The translations under genes were made by a program, and so were the position numbers. The notes beneath the pieces are model-generated. The model made no database searches. It worked only from the letters and a program-made list of their open reading frames with translations, and was not told the DNA's origin. Shown here in pieces: positions 1 to 8,415 of a DNA stretch of 32,000 bases. The stretch's first letter is position 1. Every line of letters begins with the position of its first letter. This stretch comes from Pseudomonas aeruginosa (GTDB lineage: Bacteria; Pseudomonadota; Gammaproteobacteria; Pseudomonadales; Pseudomonadaceae), in assembly GCF_001457615.1 (NCBI RefSeq), contig NZ_LN831024.1, forward strand, positions 5,670,001-5,702,000, read 5' to 3'.

Positions 1-552
1 ACGCTGGAACAGTTCAAGATAGATGGCGGCGAACTCGGCCGGGGGGAAGCTGTCTGCCTGGCGCACCTGGCCACCAGCTTCCTCCACCAGGCGCACTTCG
101 CGCCGCTGGTTATAGCGGAACTTCTTGGAGAAATCCTCGGGGGCGCGAGCGAAAGCCAGTTGCTCGGTCTGAGGGCGCAGCGTGACGATGTTCCGCTCAT
201 GCAGCGCCGACAGGTAGCGTCCCGCATGGCGGAGGGCGATGCGGGCATCGTCGGCCACCGGCAGGATCAGTTCGGCGTTGCCCAGGTCGTACAGGCCCTT
301 CTTGCCGCGCCGCTTGAGCACGTCCTTGGACAACGCCAGGTGGCGGCCCCAGGTCGGGATCGCCGCAACCAGTTCGCCAGCGCTCTCCCAACCCAGGTAA
401 CGCACCGGGATTCCAGCCATTTCGGCGAGTTGCTCGACCACCAGCGGGTGGGTCGCGACGCTGCCGCCGAAACGCTGCCAGGCCTGGGCGTAGGTCGGCG
501 CGTCCACTTCGCGCCAACCGCGTTCGCGGAAGGCGCGCAACCTGTTCAGCAT
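1..552 (-). CDS. Conserved hypothetical protein, N-terminal 184 codons only (gene runs off the left edge); PA5003-like, possibly Mig-14 family
   Basis: Hand translation of the reverse strand from ATG at 552 is stop-free down to position 1 (MLNRLRAFRERGWREVDAPTYAQAWQRFGGSVATHPLVVEQLAEMAGIPVRYLGW...FSKKFRYNQRREVRLVEEAGGQV...). Codons are GC3-rich. The ATG overlaps the wapH stop (ATGCTGA, 546-552). It is missing from the ORF track because it is open at the edge. The family assignment is from memory of the PAO1 neighbourhood. Confidence 0.6.
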   Translation of the reverse strand, partial: MLNRLRAFRERGWREVDAPTYAQAWQRFGGSVATHPLVVEQLAEMAGIPVRYLGWESAGELVAAIPTWGRHLALSKDVLKRRGKKGLYDLGNAELILPVADDARIALRHAGRYLSALHERNIVTLRPQTEQLAFARAPEDFSKKFRYNQRREVRLVEEAGGQVRQADSFPPAEFAAIYLELFQR

Positions 553-1682
553 GCAGACTCCGAAGCGAAGCCGGCAATCGTCGGCAGGCGCCAGAATTCG
601 CGGCGCACCGCAGCGTCGGAGAAGCGTGTCTCCAGGCGCTCGAGCATGAGCCGAGCACAGGCCTCGCGCTGGCGGCGGTCAAGCGCCGCCAGGTGGGTCA
701 GGCCCTCGGCCAGGGCCGTCTCGTCGCCCAGCGGGAAGAGGATGCCGACCCCTTCCACCACTTCGCGGGCGCCGCCACAGGCGGTGGCGATCAGCGGTAC
801 ACCGGCGACCATGGCCTCCAGCAGGACCATGCCGAACGGCTCGTGGTCGGAACTCAGGGCGAAGGCGTCGAACGCCTTGAAGTAGCGCCGTGCCTCTTCG
901 ACCTGGCCGAGGAACAGCACGCGCTCGCCGATACCCAGTTCGCAGGCCAGGTCCTTGAGCTGCTCTTCCAGGCGGCCGCTGCCGAGGATCGCCAGCAGGC
1001 TGTTCTGCGGCAGGCGCGGCAGCGCGGCGGCAAAGCCGCGCAGCAGGGTAGCCTGGTCCTTGTCCGGATGCAGGCGGCCGACGTTGCCGACCACCCAGGC
1101 CTCGTCGGGCAGGCGCAGTTGCCGGCGCGCACTCAGGCGCTCGACCTGCTCGGCCTGCAGCGCAGCGACGTCGATGCGGTTGTAGAGCGTCTCGATCCGC
1201 TCCGCCGGCCACTTCGGCAGGCAACGGCGGATATCGTCGCGCACCGCGTCGGACACCGCCAGCAGGCTCAGGCGCTTGCTCATCAGGCCGGCGAAGACCT
1301 TGCGCGACAACCGCTGGTAATCGCCGAAGGCGTGGTGCACGCCAATGATCGGCAGACGAGTGGCCAGGCTGGCGATCCAGATCGGCTTGAAGCGGTGCGC
1401 GATGCAGAAGCGGAAGTCGCGCGAACGGGCGATCTCGCGCAAGTCGCGGATCGCCTTCAGCTTGAGGCCACGGATGTCCCTGGAGCCGTACTCGAGGAAC
1501 AGTACCTCGTCGGAGGCGCAACGCGCCGCCACCTCAGGATCGGAACGCCCGGTGAGGAACACCGTGGTGACCTTGTACGGGGTTCCGGCGAACAGGCTGG
1601 CGTACTGACGGGCACAGTCGAGGAAAGGCCCGTCGTAGCCGTGACAGAACTGCAGGACGCGAGGTTCAGCCGACCGAGTCAT
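546..1682 (-). CDS. wapH: Group-1 (GT4, GT-B fold) glycosyltransferase, LPS outer-core glucosyltransferase WapH-like
   Basis: 378-aa ORF. Carries the GT4 EX7E region (SSDHEPFGMVLLEAMVAGVPLIATACGGAREVV). Sits in the LPS core cluster. Its start overlaps the wapO stop by 17 nt. Confidence 0.85.
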   Translation of the reverse strand: MTRSAEPRVLQFCHGYDGPFLDCARQYASLFAGTPYKVTTVFLTGRSDPEVAARCASDEVLFLEYGSRDIRGLKLKAIRDLREIARSRDFRFCIAHRFKPIWIASLATRLPIIGVHHAFGDYQRLSRKVFAGLMSKRLSLLAVSDAVRDDIRRCLPKWPAERIETLYNRIDVAALQAEQVERLSARRQLRLPDEAWVVGNVGRLHPDKDQATLLRGFAAALPRLPQNSLLAILGSGRLEEQLKDLACELGIGERVLFLGQVEEARRYFKAFDAFALSSDHEPFGMVLLEAMVAGVPLIATACGGAREVVEGVGILFPLGDETALAEGLTHLAALDRRQREACARLMLERLETRFSDAAVRREFWRLPTIAGFASESAC

Positions 1683-3423
1683 ACCAGTCCACGCCCTCCT
1701 TCACGACCAGGATGTCCTCCATGATCAGGTACTGCAGATCGGAGCCGAAGAACATGTTCAGGGCGTCGGTCGGCGAGCAGATCATCGGTTCTCCACGACG
1801 ATTGAGCGAAGTGTTCAGGGCCACGCCGTTGCCGGTGAGGTTCTCCAGTTCCTTCATCAGGTCGTAGTAGCGCGGGTTGTACTCGCGCTTCAGCACCTGG
1901 GCGCGGGAGGTGCCGTCCTCGTGCACCACTTCCGGCACTCGCTCCTTCCACTCTTCGTTGACTTCGAAGGTGAAGGTCATGAACGGGGCCGGGTGGTCGA
2001 TCTTGAACATCTGCGGGCCGACGGTATCCAGCATCGACGGGCAGAAGGGTCGCCAGCGCTCGCGGAACTTGATCTGCGCATTGATCCGGTCGGCCACGCC
2101 CGGCACGCTCGGGCAGCCGAGAATGGAGCGGCCACCGAGGGCACGCGGACCGAACTCCATGCGTCCCTGGAACCAGGCCACCGGGTTGCCGTCGGCAAGG
2201 ATCCTGCCGATACGCCGGCTGCGGTTGTCGATCTTCTGCCACTGCGGCCTGGCCTCGTGACGGGCGCAGGCGGCGATGACGTCCTCGTTGGAATACTCCG
2301 GGCCGAGGTAGACGTGCTCCATCTTCTCCACCGGCACGCCGCGCTGGTGCGACACGTAGGCCGCCGCGCCGACCGCGGTGCCGGCGTCGCTGGCCGCCGG
2401 CTGGACGAACAGCTCCTTCACTTCGGGGCGCGAGATGATCTTCTGGTTGAGCTTGACGTTCAGCGCGCAGCCGCCGGCGAAAGCGACCTTGCCGGTCTCG
2501 CGGATGATATCGCCGAGGTAGTAGTCCATCATCTCCAGCGCGAGCTTCTCGAACAGCGCCTGGATGCTCGCGGCGTAATGGATGTAGGGATCGTCGGCGA
2601 TGTCGCCTTCGCGCTTGGGCCCCAGCCACTCGATCAGCTTGGGCGAGAAGTAGTAACCCTTGCCTTTCTCCTTGTAGCGGCGGAAGCCGATGACGTTGGC
2701 ATAGTCGGTGTTGATCACCAGTTCGCCGTTCTCGAACTTGGCGAGACGGGAGAAATCGTACTTGCTGGCGTCACCGTAGGGCGCCATGCCCATGACCTTG
2801 AACTCGCCGTCGAGCATGTCGAAGCCGAGGTACTCGGTGATCGCGCCGTACAGGCCGCCCAGCGAATCCGGATCGTAGAACTCCTTGATCTTGTGGATCC
2901 GACCGTTCTCGCCCCAGCCGAAGAAAGTGGTGGCGTATTCGCCCTTGCCGTCGATGCCGAGGATCGCGGTCTTTTCCTTGAACCCCGAGCAATGGTAGGC
3001 ACTGGAGGCGTGGGCAAGGTGGTGCTCGACCGGCTGGATCTTGATTTTCTTCAGGTCGAAGCCGAGTTGCTGCAGGCACCACTCGATGCGCTTGTAGTAA
3101 CGCTTGTAGCGGCGGTTGCCGAGCAGGATCGCATCCAGCGCGCGATCCGGCGCGTAGGCGTAGCGCTTGGCGTAGTGCCAGCGGGCCTTTTCCATGATGC
3201 TGATGGGAGCGAAGGGAATCGCCACCACGTCGACATCGGCCGGCTCGATCCCTGCCTGCTCCAGGCAGAACTTCGCCGATTCGTAGGGCATGCGGTTCTT
3301 CGCGTGCTTGTCGCGCACGAAGCGCTCTTCCTCGACGGCCGCGACCAGCTTGCCGTCGATGTACAGGGCGGCGGACGGGTCATGGCTTACGGCGCCAGAC
3401 AGGCCTAGGACGGTCAATGCCAC
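1666..3423 (-). CDS. wapO: NodU/CmcH-family carbamoyltransferase (LPS core heptose carbamoyltransferase, WapO-like)
   Basis: 585-aa ORF with a GTG start at 3423, preceded by GAGG 7 nt upstream. The N-terminus LGLSGAVSHDPSAALYIDGKLVAAVEEERF is typical of this family. Context is the LPS core cluster. Confidence 0.88.
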   Translation of the reverse strand: MALTVLGLSGAVSHDPSAALYIDGKLVAAVEEERFVRDKHAKNRMPYESAKFCLEQAGIEPADVDVVAIPFAPISIMEKARWHYAKRYAYAPDRALDAILLGNRRYKRYYKRIEWCLQQLGFDLKKIKIQPVEHHLAHASSAYHCSGFKEKTAILGIDGKGEYATTFFGWGENGRIHKIKEFYDPDSLGGLYGAITEYLGFDMLDGEFKVMGMAPYGDASKYDFSRLAKFENGELVINTDYANVIGFRRYKEKGKGYYFSPKLIEWLGPKREGDIADDPYIHYAASIQALFEKLALEMMDYYLGDIIRETGKVAFAGGCALNVKLNQKIISRPEVKELFVQPAASDAGTAVGAAAYVSHQRGVPVEKMEHVYLGPEYSNEDVIAACARHEARPQWQKIDNRSRRIGRILADGNPVAWFQGRMEFGPRALGGRSILGCPSVPGVADRINAQIKFRERWRPFCPSMLDTVGPQMFKIDHPAPFMTFTFEVNEEWKERVPEVVHEDGTSRAQVLKREYNPRYYDLMKELENLTGNGVALNTSLNRRGEPMICSPTDALNMFFGSDLQYLIMEDILVVKEGVDWYDSVG

Positions 3424-3526
3424 GGTAGAACCTCTTCAAAGCAGCTCGCGGTTGCGGAGTGGGACCGACAACCGCGGCTTTCGTTTAACTCGTCGACCGC
3501 CGCAGGCGGTGGTCGTCGCTTGTCCT

Positions 3527-5005
3527 TCAAGCCCCGGCGGCGTCGCCGAGGCGGGGAATCCGTTGCTCCAGCAGCCGGTAGAGGCCGCTGTCCTGCGGCC
3601 AGTTGCGCAGGAAGCGCGCGCGGTCGCGGGCGTAGGCGCGGGCAAAGGACGCCTGGCTGTGATGCTTGCGCATCGCGTCCAGGTCGATCAGCGCCCATTC
3701 GCCGCCTTGTTCATGGGCCTGCCAGAACAGGTTGTGTCCCTTCAGGTCGCCGTGGCTGATGCGTTCGCGGATCAGCGTCGAAAACAGCCGATCCAGTGCC
3801 GCCAACTCGGCTTCCGGTGGCGAAACGGCGCCATCGGGCATGTCCAGGCAAGGCTTAAAACGAGCGATTATATCCTGACCGCCGAGATAATCGGTAATCA
3901 GGTAGGCGCGCCCGCGCAGCCAGCACCAGCGCCGCTCCAGCATCGCCAGCGGACGGGCGGTGGCGATGCCGAGGAATTCCAGGCGGTTGCCTTCGCGCCA
4001 GGAGGCCCAGGCCCGGCTCGGCCGCCAGAAGCGCTTCAGCCAATGGACCCAGCCCTTGATGTTGTAGCGCTTGATGATCAGCGTGCGGCCGTTCGCTTCG
4101 ACCCGGGCGACGGTGGCCGCGCCGCCGTCCTTGTAGACGTGGCCGGCGGCGATCAGGCGGTCCGCGTCCGCCAGCAGGGGCGCCATCGTCTCGGCCTCGC
4201 TGCGGCGGGCGGCGAACAGGCGGAACGGACCGCGCACGACACTGAACAGGCTACAGTCGCGACCGACCTTCCTCAGCAGGTCGCGCACCCGCCAGCGGCG
4301 AACCTTGGCGATTTCCTTCTGCAAGGCTTCGAGCGGCAGCGCATGCTCGCCGTTGGCCAGCAGGTAATGCACCAGCAACTCCTCCAGGAAAGGATCGAGG
4401 AGCGCCGGCAACTGGGCGAAGAACACCCCGAGGTTTTCCAGCACTTTCTGTCGCGACAGCGGCTGGCCGGGAGTTTCCGCACGCACGCCGCCACCGTCGA
4501 TGAGATACAGGCGGCCGGCGTGGCGCAACAGGTTGTCCAGGTGCAGGTCGTCCTGCCAGAGGCCCTTTGCATGCAGCTCGCCAATGGCTGCCAGGGCTTC
4601 GCCGAGCACCGCTTGCTGGGCATCGCCCAGCGGCGCCTGGGCCTCCACCGCACGCCAGGCGTCACCGAGGCTCTGCGCCGCGTCGAGGTAGTCGAACAGC
4701 AGCCAGCCGCCCTCGCCCTGCTGCAGCCCGTCGGCCAGCAGCGCCGGGGTGGTCAGCCCCTGGGCCGCGAGCAGACGCGCCCCTTCCAGTTCGCGCTGGA
4801 AATGCCGTGCGGCCTTGCCGCCCACCAGCAGCTTGGCCAGCACCTTGCGCCCACGCCATTCGCCGGCACCGACGTAGCGCTGCCCGGGCAGCACCCGCAG
4901 CAGACTGTCCAGGCGCAGTTCGGCAGCGCCAGCGCCATCCGCCAGGGTCACCCGCAATGGCAGTTGCGGGTGGCGCCCGGCGGCTTGCAGTTCGGCCAGT
5001 CTCAT
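3527..5005 (-). CDS. Tandem two-domain Kdo/WaaP-family (eukaryotic-like) kinase-fold protein, PA5006-like
   Basis: The track ORF 3527..5689 is trimmed to the ATG at 5005, which forms an ATGA overlap with the wapQ stop, giving 492 aa. The upstream extension is Pro/Arg-rich and looks off-frame. There are two kinase-like halves. One has QDDLHLDN (4532-4555) followed by LYLIDGG. The other has HGDLKGHN (3731-3754) followed by ALIDLD. Confidence 0.8.
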   Translation of the reverse strand: MRLAELQAAGRHPQLPLRVTLADGAGAAELRLDSLLRVLPGQRYVGAGEWRGRKVLAKLLVGGKAARHFQRELEGARLLAAQGLTTPALLADGLQQGEGGWLLFDYLDAAQSLGDAWRAVEAQAPLGDAQQAVLGEALAAIGELHAKGLWQDDLHLDNLLRHAGRLYLIDGGGVRAETPGQPLSRQKVLENLGVFFAQLPALLDPFLEELLVHYLLANGEHALPLEALQKEIAKVRRWRVRDLLRKVGRDCSLFSVVRGPFRLFAARRSEAETMAPLLADADRLIAAGHVYKDGGAATVARVEANGRTLIIKRYNIKGWVHWLKRFWRPSRAWASWREGNRLEFLGIATARPLAMLERRWCWLRGRAYLITDYLGGQDIIARFKPCLDMPDGAVSPPEAELAALDRLFSTLIRERISHGDLKGHNLFWQAHEQGGEWALIDLDAMRKHHSQASFARAYARDRARFLRNWPQDSGLYRLLEQRIPRLGDAAGA

Positions 5006-5760
5006 CGGCGCGACTCCTTGCGCCGACGGCGCTGGTCGAGAAGGCGATACCACTGCTCGACCTCGGCCGAGTCGAGGGGTTCGTCGACATAGGCGGAGAT
5101 GAATTCGTGCACGTCCGCTTCGCTCCAGTCCGGGGCACGGCGCAGCATCGGCTCCAGGTCCTTGACCTGGTCGCGGCGGCCGAACCAGATCGGGCGGGTC
5201 TTCTCCAGGTCGATCAGGCAGGCCTCGAAGACACCATCGGCCCCCTCGCGGAGGAATACATGCTTGGGATAGAAGCAACCATGCATCTGTCCGGCGGCGT
5301 GCAGCTGGCGCGCCAGCCTGCCAACCGCCCGGAGAATCGCCCGGCGCCGCTCTTCGGCCAGGTCGTGCCAGGACGCCAGCCAGGTGTCCAGGTCCTGCCA
5401 ACCGTCCAGGGCGCGGGTCAGGAGGATCGCCTGGCGCTCTCCGCCGACCGCCTGCTGGGCGAAGAACGCCGCCTGCAGGGCGGGAATGCCCAGCGCCCGG
5501 TAGCGCTCGATGTTGCGGAACTCGCGGGCGAAGGTCGGCTCGCCCAGCGGATGGCGCAGGCTGCGGGTCAGGTGGTTGCTCTGGCGCTTCAGGTAGTAGG
5601 CGGAGTCGCCCAGGTCGAGGCGGTAGACGCTGCTCCAGCCACCCCGCTCGGTATTCGGTTCGTCCACGGCGTCCAGCTGCAAGGCCCACAGGGCGTCGAA
5701 GCTGTCCAGACGGTTGCGCTGGAGCAGGTCGTGATCCTGCGCGGCGATGAAAACGCTCAT
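5002..5760 (-). CDS. wapQ: WaaP-family LPS core kinase paralogue WapQ
   Basis: The track ORF 5002..6012 is trimmed to the ATG at 5760 (ATGA overlap with the wapP stop), giving 252 aa. The protein aligns with WaaP (YYLKRQ lysine strand, HGCFYPKHVFL loop, CLIDLEK). Confidence 0.8.
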   Translation of the reverse strand: MSVFIAAQDHDLLQRNRLDSFDALWALQLDAVDEPNTERGGWSSVYRLDLGDSAYYLKRQSNHLTRSLRHPLGEPTFAREFRNIERYRALGIPALQAAFFAQQAVGGERQAILLTRALDGWQDLDTWLASWHDLAEERRRAILRAVGRLARQLHAAGQMHGCFYPKHVFLREGADGVFEACLIDLEKTRPIWFGRRDQVKDLEPMLRRAPDWSEADVHEFISAYVDEPLDSAEVEQWYRLLDQRRRRKESRR

Positions 5761-6491
5761 TCGCGCCCCTCGAAGAAAGCCACCACCTGGCGAATACGCT
5801 TCTTGTCGGATTCGTTCAGGTGCCGGCGACGGCGATATTGCAGGTAGAAGCGCAGGCGCTGGGTGCGCGACAGGTGGTACTTGGCCACCTTGTCCAGGCA
5901 GGCCAGGTCCTTGGTGATCCGATAGCGCAGCATGAAGCTCCACCAGAACGCGCCGTTCGGGCAGTCGATGAAATACACCAGCGGCTGGTCGTCCACCAGC
6001 AGGTTGCGCCACTTCAGGTCGTTATGGGTGAAATGCTGGTCGTGCATCAGGCGCGTAGCCTTGGCGATCTGCCGGCTGACGCCGTCCACCCAGCGCGGGT
6101 CCTTCAGGCGCGGATCCCGGTTGCAGGCGAGCACCGACAAGTCCTCGGTGCCCGGCAGCTCGCGGGTGATCATGGCGCCGCGCTGGAAGGCGCCGGCCTT
6201 GCGCTCCAGCCCCCAGGCGACCACTTCGGCGGTGGGAATGCCCCACTTCTCGAAGCGCTTGAGGTTCTGCCACTCGGCCTTGATCCGCGGTCGCGCCAGG
6301 TAGCGGCGCAGGCCCTTGCCGGCGCTGCGGTAGCGCTTGACGTAGTAACGCACGCCGTCGCGCTCGATGCGGATGACTTCGGACAACGGGTCGCGGGTCA
6401 GGCGCTCGCCCTCCAGGGCGAACACGCTATCGAGGCTACCGAAGTCGGCGGCCAGGTGACGGTAATCGGGTTCGAGGGTCCACCCCGCCAT
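5757..6491 (-). CDS. wapP: WaaP-family LPS core heptose kinase paralogue WapP
   Basis: 244-aa ORF. Motifs are YYVKRYRS, a catalytic loop HNDLKWRNLLV, and YFIDCP. The start ATG shares one nt with the waaP stop (TGATG). Confidence 0.85.
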   Translation of the reverse strand: MAGWTLEPDYRHLAADFGSLDSVFALEGERLTRDPLSEVIRIERDGVRYYVKRYRSAGKGLRRYLARPRIKAEWQNLKRFEKWGIPTAEVVAWGLERKAGAFQRGAMITRELPGTEDLSVLACNRDPRLKDPRWVDGVSRQIAKATRLMHDQHFTHNDLKWRNLLVDDQPLVYFIDCPNGAFWWSFMLRYRITKDLACLDKVAKYHLSRTQRLRFYLQYRRRRHLNESDKKRIRQVVAFFEGRE

Positions 6492-7297
6492 CAGAGCAGG
6501 TCTCCGTAACGCTGCTTGCGTTCGTAGAGTTTTTCCGCCTTGCGTTCCATCCAGGCCAGCAGGCCGGCCTCGTCGCGCAGTATCTCGCGCAACGGCCGGC
6601 GGAAATAGGTGCGCAGGAAGCGTAGCTTGTCGCGACGCGTCAGTCCGATGTCCAGCGCAGAGAAATACAATGCCGCCAGATCCTTGTTACGCCAGCGTTT
6701 CGGCGTGGCGTCGCGGGTCTGGGCACGGTGCAGATCGATCACCGAGAGGCGGAAATCGTCCGCGCTCACCGGCTTGTCGGTGTGCAACAGGAAATGACAG
6801 ATGTAGCAGTCGCGATGGTTGACTCCGGCACGGTGCATGTCGCCGACCATCCGCGCCACCGCCTCGACCAGCGCGCGCTTGAGCCGCGGCGGTGGAGGAC
6901 GTTCGCGCCAGTCCTGGGAGAACACCTCGAGGTCCACGGTCGGCGCCAGTTCCTCGGTGACGATGAAGGAATGCTGCCGCGCCGGATCGCTGCCGCGCTC
7001 GCCGTAGGCGACCGCGGTCATGGTCGCTACGCCGGCCTCGTGCAGGCGCCGGATGGCCTGCCACTCCTGGCGCGCGCCGAGCACCGGGAGCTTGGCGGTG
7101 AGCAGGTTCTTGGCGATCTCGCCCCAGCCGATGCCACGGTGGATCTTGACGAAGTAGCCACGCCCGTCGACCTCGGTGCGCAGGGTGCGGCGCCCTTCCA
7201 GTTCGCGGTAGACCTTGCCTTGCAGCGCCTCCACCGCCTCGAACGGGTCGCGCCCGTTCCACAGGCGCTTGAACGGCTCTTCCAGCACCAGCCTCAT
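6491..7297 (-). CDS. waaP: LPS core heptose(I) kinase WaaP
   Basis: The track ORF 6491..8338 is trimmed to the ATG at 7297 (ATGA overlap with the waaG stop), giving 268 aa. Sequence begins MRLVLEEPFKRLWNGRDPF and carries YFVKIHRG, HRDCYICHFLL and VIDLHRAQ. Confidence 0.9.
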   Translation of the reverse strand: MRLVLEEPFKRLWNGRDPFEAVEALQGKVYRELEGRRTLRTEVDGRGYFVKIHRGIGWGEIAKNLLTAKLPVLGARQEWQAIRRLHEAGVATMTAVAYGERGSDPARQHSFIVTEELAPTVDLEVFSQDWRERPPPPRLKRALVEAVARMVGDMHRAGVNHRDCYICHFLLHTDKPVSADDFRLSVIDLHRAQTRDATPKRWRNKDLAALYFSALDIGLTRRDKLRFLRTYFRRPLREILRDEAGLLAWMERKAEKLYERKQRYGDLL

Positions 7298-8415
7298 GAG
7301 GCCTCCCCGAGGATCAGGTCGGCGGCGCGCTGCGGCATGCTGTAGAGGTCGGCGTGATCGGCGTAGGCCAGGCCATTGCGCGACCAGGCGGCGCGCGCCG
7401 GAGCGTCCTCCAGCATTTCCGCGAGCAGGCGGTTGAGACTGTCCTGCTCGAAGGGACTCGGCAGCACCCGCCCGGCGTCGGCCTCGGCGATGTAGTGGGC
7501 ATAGCCGCAGACATCGGTCACCAACACCGGCAGGCCGGAGACCAGCGCCTCCAGCAGCACCGTACCGGTGTTCTCGTTGTAGGCCGGGTGGATCAGCAGG
7601 TCGGCGCCGAGCAGGAAGCGCGGGATATCGCTGCGACCCTTGAGGATCTGTACCTGGTCGTTGAGACCGAGGGCGGCGATCTGTAGCAGGAACGGCTTGG
7701 GATCGTCCTGGCCGATGGCGATCAGCCGGGTACGCCTGCGCAACGCCTTGGGCAGCGCGGCCAGCGCCTTCAGGCTGCGATCCAGGCCCTTGGTCTTGAA
7801 GCCGGAACCGATCTGCACCAGCAGCAGGTCGTCCTCCTCCAGGCCGAACTCGCGGCGGAATTCCGCACGCACGTCCGCGGCGTTGGCCGGCGCCCGGCGA
7901 TCCTGGCTGATCCCCGGCGGCAGCAGATGGAAACGCTCGGCCTGGGTGCCGTAGTGCTTGACGAAGAGCGGCTGCTGCACCTCGGAGATCATCAGGATCT
8001 CGGTCTTCGAGGCCGGGTCGAACACTGCCCGTTCGTAGCCGGCGAAGTGGCGGTAGCGGCCCCACTGGCGGTACAGCGGGTTGCGCAAGGTCTGGGCCTT
8101 TTCCTCGAAACAGGCGTCGGCGGCGTAGTAGACATCCAGTCCGGGCATCTTGTTGAAGCCGATCACCCGCTGCACCGGGCGCCTGTCCAGGTCGGCGCGG
8201 ACCCACGCGGTGAACTTCTCGTTGCGCCGGTGGTTGAAGATCGAGCGCACCGGGGCCACCAGCACTTCGAAGCCGTCCGGCACGTCGCCCTCCCAGATCA
8301 GCGTATAGACGCGGATGTCGTGCCCGCGCCGCTGGCATTCCAGGGCGATGCGCATGAAGTCACGCTGCAGGCCGCCGAAGGGGAAGTATTTGTAGAGGAT
8401 GAACGCCAGGGTCAT
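7294..8415 (-). CDS. waaG: LPS core glycosyltransferase WaaG (GT4)
   Basis: The track ORF 7294..8490 is trimmed to the ATG at 8415 (ATGA overlap with the waaC stop), giving 373 aa. Sequence begins MTLAFILYKYFPFGGLQRDF and has the EX7E-type region NENTGTVLLEALVSGLPVLVT. Confidence 0.9.
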   Translation of the reverse strand: MTLAFILYKYFPFGGLQRDFMRIALECQRRGHDIRVYTLIWEGDVPDGFEVLVAPVRSIFNHRRNEKFTAWVRADLDRRPVQRVIGFNKMPGLDVYYAADACFEEKAQTLRNPLYRQWGRYRHFAGYERAVFDPASKTEILMISEVQQPLFVKHYGTQAERFHLLPPGISQDRRAPANAADVRAEFRREFGLEEDDLLLVQIGSGFKTKGLDRSLKALAALPKALRRRTRLIAIGQDDPKPFLLQIAALGLNDQVQILKGRSDIPRFLLGADLLIHPAYNENTGTVLLEALVSGLPVLVTDVCGYAHYIAEADAGRVLPSPFEQDSLNRLLAEMLEDAPARAAWSRNGLAYADHADLYSMPQRAADLILGEAS

